DNA from: Paragordius varius
Taxonomy: Eukaryota; Animalia; Nematomorpha
NCBI GenBank assembly: GCA_964247055.1
Contig: OZ176054.1
Span: 13,082,001 to 13,146,000, forward strand
Direction: 5' to 3'
DNA length: 64,000 bases
Part shown: one piece after another, positions 1 through 12,700 of the stretch
Layout: each line of letters opens with the position of its first letter
How positions within the stretch are numbered: the stretch's first letter is position 1
Notes under the pieces: model-generated
The model's input: only the letters and a program-made list of their open reading frames with translations
Database searches by the model: none
Told to the model about the DNA's origin: nothing
Made by a program: the position numbers and the translations under genes

Positions 1-3000
1 AATCATCTTTTTGTGAACGTTCCAACAGGGGAATATTGAGGGCATACTTGGATTTTAGGTTTTTTTCCTCATTTTCTTTGGCTTTTTCAATCTTTTTTTC
101 AGTCTAAACAGGCAAACAAATTAAAATAAAATCCCACAAATATAATAAGATTTAAAAACAGTTTTGATATTATATAATTTTTTTGAATTATTAAATAAAT
201 TCACGGAGGACAAAATTATTTTTATTACCTATTTAGGAACTGTTAATTTACATTTCTATTCCTATATTTTGGCAACTCAAAACGATAAGTTATATGGAAA
301 AAATTCAATGTTTTTCTCAATAAAAAAACACAACACAAATCTGTGTTACTATTTATGTTTTATACTCAATATCATAATATTTGCTTGATTTTACAAGTCC
401 AAAAAATTATTTAAAATTTTTTTTTTGAATTCAACTAATACAAAAAATATTAATCTATTCTAAAATTTATATTAATTATTTTTTTTACCAAAAAACAACC
501 ATTTTTATGAAGGTAAATAAATACTAGAAAATTTAAATAGGACAGTAAAAATTATTATTATACGGACAAATCTTAAAATTTAAAGAAAAAATTTTCTAAA
601 AGACAACCCCATACTTTTAAAATCTTGATTTTTCTAACATAATCATTGTTAAAAATTGAAAAGTTGGAATAGAGATGCATATTAGTACAATTATTCATAT
701 ATTTTACAATTTTAATAATTAAGTTTATTTAGTAAAAATTAAAGGTTTAAAAAGTATGGTTGATTGCCTTTTTGTAAAAAAATATTTATCTTGAAATTTT
801 GACTACATTTTGTCCGTATATAAATTTATACTGTATATACCACTTACACTTCAAATTACCCTTGAACAATTCAAATTCACCCTAAATCAAATTGAGTATT
901 GTTTAAGATTAATTATTATCTATATTTTTATATGTTTAAAATTAAAATCATACAACTGAAAAAATAATAAACTAACCCTATTAAGATTTATTTCATATTA
1001 ATATTGAGTTATATTAGCTACCCGAAAACACAAAATACATTTTTAGGGTAAATTTTTGTAAAAAAAACTAAAAAAACTCTAAGAATATTAACCCAGAAAC
1101 ACATAAAATACATTTGTAGGGTAAATTTTTGTAAAAAAACCTTAAAAAACTTTAAAAAAAACCCTAAGAATATTTCTTAAGCGTTGATTTTGGGTAAAAT
1201 CATCAGACCAAAATTCATCTTGAATATCTTTCAGATGGTCCATGGTGGGGATTAAGGCTAATTTCTTGCTTTGATCAACTATGCCCCTTTCAAGGGCATA
1301 CATGCTATCCAGTTCAAGTTTGTAATGATCTTTTTTATCTGAGGAAAATTTTAAAAATTAGAAATTTAGTTAAATAAAAAAATTATTTTTTTAGTTTAAT
1401 TACTGTAAATTGTCAGAATTTTAGCTTGTTTTAATTTAGAAAATTAATTATAAAAATAAAGTTAAAAATTCTTTCTTTGGTTTAAATTGTTAAAATTTAA
1501 GTTTTTTTAAGTTAAAGGAGATTTTTTTTATAACAAAAATTTAACTTTAAAAATCCTTGGTTTAATTATTGTGAATGTCAGAATTTTAGTTTATTTAAAG
1601 TTAAAAAATAATATTTTTAAATAAAGTTAAAAATTCTTTCTTGGTGAAATTATAGTAAATTGTCAGAGTTTTTAGTTTATTTAAGTAAATTCTAATCGCA
1701 ATATGTCCCTACTTTTCAATTTTAAATGGTCAAAAAAAGATTCAAAAATAAGTAAAAATCTTTAAAAACTAGTAAAAAATTGGAAATTTCGAGGGCATAC
1801 ATGCTATCCAGTTTAAGTTTGTAATGATCTTTTTATCTGAGGGGAGAGAGATTTTAAAAAATTTGATTTTATCATTTAAAAATAAAGTTAAAAATTCTTT
1901 ATTGACTAAATTACTGTGAATTGTCAGGGTTTTTAGTTTATTTTAAAGTTAAATGAGGTTTTTCCATAAAAAATTAACTTTAAAAATCCTTAATTATTGT
2001 AAATTTTCAAAACTTTAGTTTATATAAAGTTAAAAAATTAGATTTTATCATTAGGAAAATAACGTCAAAAATTCTTTCTTAGTTTAATTATTGTGAATTG
2101 TCAGAGTTTTTGGTTTATTTTAAATTAAAAAATTAAATTATTTTAAATCAAAAAAGATTTTGTCAAAAATAACAATTCTTTCTTGGTTTAATTAATTACT
2201 ATGAATTGTCAGAATTTTAGCCTATTTTAAGTTAAAAGAAATTTTTTCTATAAAAAAATTTAACTTTAAAAATCCTTAAATACTGTGAATTGTCAGAATT
2301 AAATTATTTTTAATTTTAAAGATATTTTTTTCAAAAATTCTTTTTTGGTTTAATTAATTACTGTGAATTGTCAGAATTTTAGCGTATTTTAAGTTAAAAG
2401 AAATTTTTTTCCATGAAAAAATTTAAACTTTTAATCCTAATCTGCCCCCTAGTTTTAAATTTAAATGGTCAAAAATTAACTTTAAAAATCCTTAAATACT
2501 GTGAATTGTCAGAATTAAATTATTTTTAATTTTAAAGAGATTTTTTTCAAAAATTCTTTTTTGGTTTAATTAATTACTGTGAATTGTCAGAATTTTAGCG
2601 TATTTTAAGTTAAAAGAGATTTTTTTCCATGAAAAAATTTAAACTTTTAATCCTAATCTGCCCCCTAGTTTTAAATTTAAATGGTCAAAAAAGATTCAAA
2701 TTCAAAAACTAATAAAAAATTGGGAAATTTAAAATCTACAATCCAAATATTAGAAATTATCACTTTTAAATTTTTTAGGTTATTATATGTTTATTCTCGT
2801 TATTCACCAAACTTAATAAAAAAATGTAATTATAAATACTGCTTGAGCACATATATTAAAAATCATACATTTGGAAAAATAATTTAAAAGTTAAATGACC
2901 CATAATATCAAAAAACAACGTTTCCTTTAAAATTTTTAATGATAATTATCCTAGAGATAACTCATAGATTAAAAATACATAATCAATTATTTAACAATTT

Positions 3001-4641
3001 TAAGTAAATTAAACGTTCAAATAATATAAAACCAAAAAATAGCCACAAAAATAAAAATTATAAAAAATATTTTTCCTAAAATTCCAATAAAAACTAACCT
3101 TCGGCGACAATCTGTTCATTTTCTTTAGCGTCCCACCGACGTTCCTGTCTTCGGGCCCCCGAAATTATAATGTAATCTAAATTCTGACATAATAATCATT
3201 GCATAGTATAAAATGATTATAGATGGCATATAATGGTTGCTTATTTCTAGTAGGGGGCAATAAAACAGTAGTGTATGGAAAAAATGAAAAGAAATAATTG
3301 TTTATTCAACATTTTCTTGTTTTTTCCATACACTACTGTGGTGTAAGGAAATTGCCCCCTACTAGAAATAAGCAACCATTAAAATGCATAATCTAGTTTT
3401 TAATTAAATGGCTGACTTAAAAATAATATTTTGGTTGACAAAAATTTTAAAACAAATCAAATCATATATGAGTGATGCAAATTAAAGCATGCAAAACAAA
3501 ATAGCCATTAGATTATTTATAACTAAACGTTGTAAAAACAAATCAAAAATTTTTTATTGTTTCCAATTAACATATCACATCCATCAAGGTACTTTAAAAG
3601 ATTTTTTAACTAAAATTAATTATACAAAGTATATTTTAACATTTATAAATTTAAGCAACCAATCCAATCATTTAACGGAATTGAAACCATAATTTATTTT
3701 GGGTAAGAATTCCCTTGAATAAAACCGTTTTTTCCTAAATTTATAGTAAAACTAAACCCCGACATATTTGATAAAAAATTTTATATCCTAAAGATTTTTT
3801 GAAATTATTTACGAAAAATGAAATGATTATAAAAAAAACTTGTGGATCATTCTTCATTTCAATGCGATTGGGACAAAGATGGCATTTAAAACGGAATCGA
3901 AAGATGGTTGTTGTGTAATACATCCCAATTTTCTTTTTTTCAGAATTGTACCTATTTGAAAAATTAATTTTTTTAATAAAAACCTAATTTAAAGCAATTT
4001 TATAATATCTATAATATTTAACTTAGACCTATCATATTTTAAATTATATAATATGCAGTTGAATTAAAACTTATTTTGAATATAAAAATATAAACAACTT
4101 ATCGATTTTAATTCCTAAATAATGAATATAGAGAATTAAATTGGTAGCACATTCATTTACAATTTCCTAATCGTAATCACAACTAAAACAGATAATAAAG
4201 AAATATGAGTTCAAAAAAAAAATTTATTTGGGAAAAATTAACATTTTTATGTATTGTCTATAAATTAATCTTTCTTATAACTCAAAATGTCTAATAACAA
4301 TTTTAAACTATTTTAATGTCAAATATATAACTTTAAACAAATTTTTAAAACATAACAGATAAGTATAATACCTGACACCCATTCCAATATGATTCCCACA
4401 TCCATTGCACCAAATGTTATAAGGCATCTCAAACCTTATAATTGTAGTTCCTTCCCCAATTTTTCGCATCCTTTCTCGTAAAGGATGACTTTTATGATAA
4501 CCATTTATGCTTCCATGTTTCTCAGGATCAAAGTCTGGAGGAATCCATTTATTTTGAGCTTTACGTTCAGCCTAAACCATACAAATGATATTAGAATAAG
4601 TTTTGTTAAATAAAAGTGAAAAGAGTTTTAAAACTTACCAT
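1..4641 (-). CDS. YJU2B: Splicing factor YJU2B/CCDC130 (CWC16 family), 3'-partial
   Basis: Minus-strand exons 4639-4641 (ATG only), 4372-4571, 3840-3951, 3099-3183, 1163-1338, <1-103 join in frame with GT-AG ends: MAERKAQNKWIPPDFDPEKHGSINGYHKSHPLRERMRKIGEGTTIIRFEMPYNIWCNGCGNHIGMGVRYNSEKKKIGMYYTTTIFRFRFKCHLCPNRIEMKNDPQNLDYIIISGARRQERRWD... The two CxxC zinc pairs and the RFEMPYNIWC motif are diagnostic. Confidence 0.93.
543..833. mobile_element. Tc1/mariner-type MITE (CAGT family), degenerate copy
   Basis: CAGTAAAAATT..TATACGGACAAA left arm; TTTGTCCGTATA..ACTG|TA right arm. Confidence 0.7.
1020..1175. repeat. ~70-85 bp tandem duplication overlapping the YJU2B exon 5 donor
   Basis: ACCC(A)GAAA(A)CAC..AAATACATTT.TAGGGTAAATTTTTGTAAAAAAAC occurs twice; AAAAAACTCTAAGAATATT (1071) copies AAAAAACCCTAAGAATATT (1156). 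Confidence 0.75.
1340..2700. repeat. Degenerate tandem array in YJU2B intron 4
   Basis: About a dozen TTACTGTGAATTGTCAGAATTTTAG-type units; a near-identical ~218-bp higher-order duplication at ~2258-2475 / 2476-2692. Confidence 0.85.
3231..3381. repeat. Compound hairpin / small MITE in a YJU2B intron
   Basis: Perfect 31-bp outer inverted repeat TAATGGTTGCTTATTTCTAGTAGGGGGCAAT (3231-3261 / 3351-3381) enclosing a second ~20-bp inverted repeat ACAGTAGTGTATGGAAAAAA. Confidence 0.85.
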
Positions 4642-4876
4642 AGAATGGTGTCGAAATGGAAATAATTCTTATATATTGGTTAATGAATGCGTGGTAAAAT
4701 TTTCTTACGATGCGTATGATCCCATTTACTGATATTGAATCGGTCAAAAGTTATAATGAATTTCAAATCTACTAACATTAATCCCCCAAACTTTTCCAAC
4801 TTTATTGGTGCATCTTTGCCTAGTCTTATGAATAATTTAGGAGGTTTTTTTGCATTTTTGATTAGTAGGTTTTAAT
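4642..4876. promoter_or_regulatory. Putative bidirectional promoter between YJU2B and intersectin
   Basis: Only 235 bp separate the divergent start codons (CAT 4639-4641; ATG 4877). No specific motif identified. Confidence 0.6.
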
Positions 4877-6672
4877 ATGGCTCCAAACGAAAGCGATAAA
4901 AAAAAATGGGAAAATTATTTTAATCAACTTGCCCCTGTGAATGGCTATGTTACTGGTGCATCGGCTAGAAACTTTTTTCTTAAATCAGGACTTTCCACCC
5001 CAGTTTTAGCTAATATATGGTTTAATTTTATATATTATGTGTTTTTAGGGACATGGCCGATTTAGATAAAGATGGCAAGTTAAATCAAAATGAGTTTTTT
5101 ATTGCCATGCACCTGATAAATCAAAACCTTAAATCATCCATATCCAATCCTCAACTCTTATCTATATCCACATCAAACATTACAAAGTTTAATTACTTTT
5201 TTTTATAACAATCTTAGTTTTAACAAAATTTCAGAACATACCCCTGGAGGGACAAACATTAGTTTACAGACGACTAATAATGACTCAAAATGGGCCATTC
5301 CATCCGCTTTAAGACAAAAATTTGAGTTAGAATTCAAAGGACATGATTTGCATAATTCGGGTTTCTTAACTGGCCCGCAAGCTAGAAATATTTTACTTCA
5401 AAGTCAATTACCTCAAAATATTTTGGCACAAATTTGGTATAGTTTACAAATTTCTTGTTAATTTTATCATTAATTGAAAATATGTAATTATTGAAAGTTT
5501 AAATAGTTTTGGTTTATTTGACAACACGACTCCATCTAAAGAGTTAAGAATTTTTATAAACGAACCCATATATATATATATATATATATATCCTTTTTAT
5601 ATTTTTAACAATTATAATTTTATTTTAATGGATTTTGTTGAGATTTCATTGTTTGCAATGTTTAAAATCTTGAATACTTAGAAAATCTTAAAATGAAAAA
5701 AAGTTTAAGTTTTATATATACCATTTGCACTTCAAGAGTGTTCTTGAACACTTCAAGTTGGTCCTTGAACATTTCAAGTTGGTCCTTGAACAGTTCAAGT
5801 TGGTCCTAGAACACTTCAAGTTGGTCCTTGAACAATTCAAGTTGGTCCTTGAACATTTCAAGTTGGTTCTTGAACATTTCAAGTTGGTCCTTGAACAGTT
5901 CAAGTTGGTCCTAGAACACTTCAAGTTGGTCCTTGAACAGTTCAAGTTGGTCCTAGAACACTTTAAGTTGGTCCTTAAAATTTATAAAGTTTGAAATAAC
6001 CATAATTTTTTATATTATTTATTAACCCAATTTTCTTTATTTATTAAATATTTAATCATTTAAAAATAATTTTTTTTATTGAAAAACCACTTTTTTGTTT
6101 CAAACTACTTTTTTTCAATTGAACAAAATTATTAACCTTTTAAATGCTTTTAATGAAAAATTTTAATTAATAACCCAGAAAATTTATATATTTTTTATTT
6201 CGTATTAAAATCTTATAAATATCCAAAATTATTTTAAGAAATTAATAAAGTTATACGGTTTTTCAAAGATTAAAAGTTGATATTGATATAAAATTTATGT
6301 TAAATAATAGAAAATAGGTTAAAAACAATAAAATAGATTAATTATTTACGATTTTATTGATAAAAGTTAAAAACAAAACAAAAAAGTCAAAGGACCAACT
6401 TGAACTGTTCAAAGACCAACTTGAATTGTTCAAGGACCAACTTGAAGTGTTCAAGGACCAACTAGAAATGTTCAAGGACACAGTGCAAATGGTATATTAA
6501 CAATCATTTATTTTGATGCCCCTAATTTTCGATATAATCTTGGAGATTACCGTTATAAATTTTTAATCAAGGGATTTAATTTAAAATACTTTATGTTCCC
6601 TAACCGTTTATCAGTTATAAAACTAGAAATTAACAATTTAAAAATATGTATCCTACTTATTTATTAAGCCAA

Positions 6673-6721
<49 letters not shown>

Positions 6722-9700
6722 AGATGTATTGATTATTTTATTTTTAACATATTTTTTTAGAGATATTTTTTTTATATTTATTAGTATGGTAAAGCCTCTA
6801 TTTACGGGTCAATTTAAATATCATTTTTTCATTACGTTTAATATAATAGGTTTTAAGGGGTATATTTATTTTTTATAGCCTCTTTAAATCATTTGTGAGT
6901 TGGCTTTTTCAATTTTTTATTAAATCCGCCTTCCACCATTAACAGTTTAAATTAACCCTTTGCCCTTGAACAAATCAAATCATCCTCAAACAATTCAAAT
7001 TCACCCTAAAATAAATTATGCGTGTTTTAAGATAAATAAATGCATATATATATGTTATATTTTAAAAAATATTCGTTTAAAATTCGTATATACTGAAATA
7101 ATAAATTATGCCATAAGAATATATTTCTTATTAATTGTTGAGTTATATTAACCCGAAAACACATAATTTATTTTTAGGGTGAATTTTGAACGGTTATATA
7201 TATATATATATGCCTCATTTAAAAACTAATATTTATCTTAATAATTTTTACTTGCTTGCTTGTTCATTGCCCGCTTTCTTCATATTTATTTTCCTAGAAA
7301 ATATTTGTTTAAGAAATGTAATTTAACTAAGATTCCGTTAAATTTTGACATTCTTTTGAAATCTCTCACGGGCGCGGGTGAAATATTTCATTGGGAGTTA
7401 TTTTTATAAAACGACATCTATTTTATACATTTTTTCTTTTGAAGGGCCCTTTCTGACATTGACGCGGATGGGAAATTAACGTGTGAAGAATTCATCCTAG
7501 CAAGCTATTTAACACATCAACTAAAGTCTGGTCTACTCAGCGTTTTACCTCAAAGCCTTCCGAATGAGCTAATACCCCCCTCTTTTAAAAATAAAATGCC
7601 ACCACCATCTTTTTCTATGTCAGAAAACAAAAACTCTTTAGTAACAGTTTTATCCCCTACAAAAATGTCAAATTCTGAGCTTGGTCCCGATGAATTATCT
7701 AATAATACAGCTTTTAAACCAGGTTAATATATCATTTATGTTTTTTAGATTTATAAAAAATTTCAATTATAAATATCAATTTTTTAACATTTTTTGTATT
7801 CTCTATAAGTGGAAGGGGGAGGGACATGGAATATTAACTTAATTTACAGTAAAAATTGGAATTATACGGACAAAGTATAAAAATATAAAGACAAATACTT
7901 ATTTTTTAAAAAAACCATACTTTTTTAATTTCTATAACATACAACTCATTGTTTCAAATTGCCATTTATAAAATTGATATTTATATTGATGATACGATCA
8001 ATTCTATATATATAACGATTGTAAAATAGCTTATGTTGATAAAATTAAGGTTTGAAAAGGTATGATTGTCTTTTGAAAAAAATATTTGTCTTTATATTTT
8101 TACGTTTTGTCCGTATAATTTCAGTTTTTACTGTATTTTGCATTCACATATATGTAATTACAGGGTTTTTACTATTACATTAGTGACTGACCACCTAATC
8201 TCAAATAACAGATATTAGTTTCTCAAATTATAACTTTTTAAATACATCTATTATAATCAAAAAATATTGGAAAATTAAAGGTTTTTACCGTCTTTGAAAA
8301 ATTTTGTATTGCAATTTTGTATATTATAATATTTTTTTTGTAAAAAACCAATTTTTCTTACTTTTTACTTTTTTTGGTGTGCGTATAGTTTCCTTTGAAG
8401 ATAAAAGGCGCGAAAATTTTGACCGCGGTGCCGCCATTTTGGAACAAAAGCGCGCCGCTCTTCTAAAAGCAGAAGCTGACGAGCGGGCTAATCGAGAACG
8501 GAAGGAATTTGCCCAACAAGAACAAAAACGCTTACAGAGGTGGTATAATTTTTTAGAAAATCAGAAAATTTTTTGGTGGAAAGGCGCCATCTCCTTATAA
8601 GTTATAAATCAGGAAGGATTATTATCCAAATTTTTTTTTATTGTTAAATATTTTTAATCAAATTTTTGAATATGAAAATTTTCTCTAATTGTTAAAAATT
8701 AGATTTTTAAAATTACTATAACAATGAAAAAACTATGTCAGATTCATATTAATAAGTTGAGTTAGTTATAAAAACTCATAAGAATTTCAAATGTTTGAGG
8801 GTGGTTCTTTATGAATTTTTGGTTTAAAAGGTATATTTGCCCTATATAATATACCATATTTTTGTGTGGGTTATTTAATACAGAAATTTTTTTATTCGCT
8901 TTCAAAAAATTTAAAAATATAAATCCTTTTTAAATATATCACTTGGTAATATAAAATATTATTAGATTAACATTTCTGAATATACCATTTACATTTCAAA
9001 TCGACATTAAAATAAATTATGCGTTTTCGGGCAGCTAATATAACTCATCATTAATATGAAATATATATCTTTATAGCGCATAGTTTATTATTTTTTCAGT
9101 ATTATTTTAATTAAAAAACAAAATTTTATTCTTAAAAATATTAAAAATATATGTAATTTTTAATCTTAAAAATACATTAATTTATTTAAGGGGGAATTTG
9201 AATTGTTGGAGGGTGAATTTGAATTGTTTAAGGGTGATGTATTTTAATTGTAAATGGTATATTAATCGAAAACTAACATATTTAGGGCAAATTCTCTATT
9301 ATTTCATAAAAATTAGAATTTAACTTGAGATATGCCTTGTTTTAAAAATATATTTTTAATATGCAATTTTATATATTTATTCCATATTATTTTATTACGA
9401 TTAATTATTTTTATTAATTTTTTTAATTGCTATAAAATTAGATTAGAACAAGAAAAGATGAAAGAAATTGAACGTCAAGAAGCGACTGAACGACAAAAGG
9501 AATCACAAATTAAACTTGATATGGAAAAAATTAAGGCAATGCAAATTAAGGAGGTTTTATTATAAAAATTAAGTTTTTAATTTAATTTTATAAAAATTTA
9601 TAAAAAAAAAATTTATAACAATATTTATTTATTTATTTATCAAGTCGGTTTTTACAATCTATAAATGTTTGATCCAAATTTTATGCATTTTAGGGTTAGG

Positions 9701-12700
9701 ATCTAAGAAAGAGGGTTTTTTCAAATAAATTTATTATTATGCATTATCATTTTAGTTAAAATAGTGTTTTTACCGTTTTTTGCATAGTTGTAGCGCAATT
9801 TTATATCTTAAACAAAAATATTTAAATATTTTATAGCATTTTTTATAATAATTTTAAGATCCCTTGATTTTAGTAAAAAATGACTTTTTAATGGCAAATT
9901 TTTACTTTTTAGCTAATATATATGTATATATATATATATATGTACAGTAAAAATTCAAATTAAACGGACAAAATGTAAAAATATAGGGACAAAACTTTTT
10001 TTTCAAAAGACAACCATACTTTTGTAAACCTTAATTTTTCCCATATATAAGCTATTTAATTACAATTGTAGAATATGTAATTGATTTTTTGCCATTTAAA
10101 ACAATGTGTTATATTGAAATTAATTAAGATTTAAAAAGTATGGGGTTGTCTTTTAGAAAAAAATATTTGTCTTTATATTTTTACGTTTTATCCGTATAAT
10201 TTTAATTATTACTGAATTGAAAAAATGTAAAAGGATATTCCGTAAATAGTAAAAGAATTTTTATGTTACAATTCAATTTAAAAATAAAAGATACCATTTT
10301 AAAGACTTTAAAAGCCCATAAAGATAAGGTGTTGTAAGATTTAGAAATTTCAATTTACTTTTTCAAAAATTTTAGAAAAAAATTATAATCAATCCTAAAT
10401 TATAATAGCTAAATAAGTTTTTTTTGCAAAAACTATGTTTAAGATCTCTAAATTTCAATAAAAATTAATTTATAATTTGAAATTTTAATTTTACTCTATA
10501 ATTAGATAATATATATTTAGGCATCCCGTATAGAACTAGAAAAAAAAGCCAAGGAGGATATGATTGAAAAACGTATCTCAGAATTAAAGTATTTGGAAAA
10601 ACAGCAAACTATGAATTATTCCCTACTTGTGACGCGCGAAAAGGATTTAGATTGCGATTTGCAAAATATGGTAAATTTTTTTATCGTTTTTTAGATTTTT
10701 TTAAATGAAATTTACCCTTTTTTTGTTTAAAAACCAACTATTTTAACCTTTTTTTTAAAAAAAAAGAATTATTAATTCAATTTTCTTTTCTGCATATGTA
10801 ATCTCTAGATATGTCAAAAAGTTATTAAGCCAATTTTTATCAAATTATACAGTAATAGTGAAATTATACGGACAAAACGTAAAAATATATGGATAAATTT
10901 TTTTTCTAAAAGACAACCCCATACTTTTTAAATCTTAATTTTTTATGATTATGAATTATTATTCTAAATTTGTAAGCATGAAATTGTGTGTCTATTGGTG
11001 ACACAATTAATTTTATATTTTCCAGGCGTAATTAATTATTTTATATAAGAAAAACTATGGGTTAAAAAAATATGTTTATTTTTAATTAAAAAATATTTTT
11101 GTCCTTATATTTTTACGTTTTTTCCTTATAAATGATAATTAGTGATTTGTTATTTTTTTAAGGTTTCTTTGTGTTTTCTCATGTTTTTACAAAAAAGTTA
11201 GATACTGGGTATTTCAGAAAAAATTTTACTACACAAAAAAGAGTTTTGTTTAAAAAACGCGGGAATTTTTAGAAAATCATATAATCTATAATGATTTTAT
11301 ACAAAAAGTCAGATGTTTTATTGGGTATATTTAAAAAAATTTACGCAAAAAAAGTTAATTATTTTTTAAAAACGCTGGAGTTCTCAGTAAATTATATAAT
11401 CTATAATGATCGATTTTGATTTCGATTTTAAAATATAAATATAAAAACTAAAAAACTTTTTTTTGCTATTTTGTCTGATAGAACGAAAAAATTTTGAATA
11501 TGCAATTAACATTGCAAGAAACGCAAACACTAGCTGGCAAATATCGTGACACGAATCGAGAACAAGTCAACGCTATGGGAGCTATTGAACTACGGATAGC
11601 TAAGCAGACTCATGAAATTCAAGTTTTTACTCGATATTTTGATATTTACAATTCAAAACCCTTGAACAATTCAAATTCACCCTTGAACAATTCAAATTCA
11701 CCCTTGAACAATTCAATTTCACCCTTAAACAATTCAAATTCACCCTTGAACAATTCAAATTCACCCACCCTTGAACAATTCAAATTCACCCACCCTTGAA
11801 CAATTCAAATTCACCCTTGAACAATTCAAATTCACCCACCCTTGAACAATTCAAATTCACCCTCAAATAAAATATATGTTTTTTAAGATTAAAAATTACC
11901 AATATTGTTATATATATATATGTAAAAAATAAAAATTTTGTTTTAAATTAAACTAATACTGAAAAAATAATAAACTTTAATAATGAGTTATATTAGTTCG
12001 AAAATACATAATTATTTTTGGGGTGAATTTGAATTGCTCAAGGGTGAATTTGAACTGTAAATGGTATATATCGTGGGATATTTAAAGGAATTTAAGGGTT
12101 ATTTTCTAAAATTTTAAGTTTAGAAATGAATGTGTTTGTGATATAATTAGAGGTATTTTTAGAAATCCGGTTATTTTACAAAAAAAGTATCATTTTAAAC
12201 CGTTTTTTAAACTTTTTACTGGTTTTAGAGTTTATTTTTTATTTTTTTTTCCAATGATAGTGTTTGTTTAGTTTCTTTTTTTAGAAAAAGAGATATTAGA
12301 TTTAATTATTTGATGATTTGCTAATTTTTATTTTATGATTCAACTAGGATTTAGATTCGAAATATGCCGCTTTACTCAACGAAAAAATGCGCCTTAAAGA
12401 TGTATTGGCATCATATGGTTTTGGTAATTATATTTTTATACACTTACTTTTAAAATTGATATTATACGGACAAAACGTAAAAATATAAAGACAAATATTT
12501 TTTTCTAAAAGATAATTGTAAAATATAAAATTGATTGTGTTAGTATTATATATCTCTATTTCACACTTTGCCAATCAAAACAATAAGATATATTTACAAA
12601 AATAAAGATTAAAAAGTATGGCTGTCTTTAGAAAAAAATATTTGTCTTTATATTTTTACGTTTTATCCGTATAATTACATTTTTATTTTTACTTTTTTTA

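Noticed and set aside
5743-5973. GAA/TTC dyads as heat-shock elements or STAT sites
   Set aside because: Spacing is GAA-nnn-TTC; HSEs need GAAnnTTC and STAT sites are TTC-nnn-GAA.
5712-5994. ORFs with heptad repeats (HFKLVLE / NLKCSRT)
   Set aside because: Translation of a 21-bp (7-codon) transposon array; open on both strands, inside an intersectin intron.
11623-11799. NNSNSPL tail of ORF 11494-11799
   Set aside because: Read-through past the exon 8 donor into the repeat element; the spliced frame continues properly at 12348.
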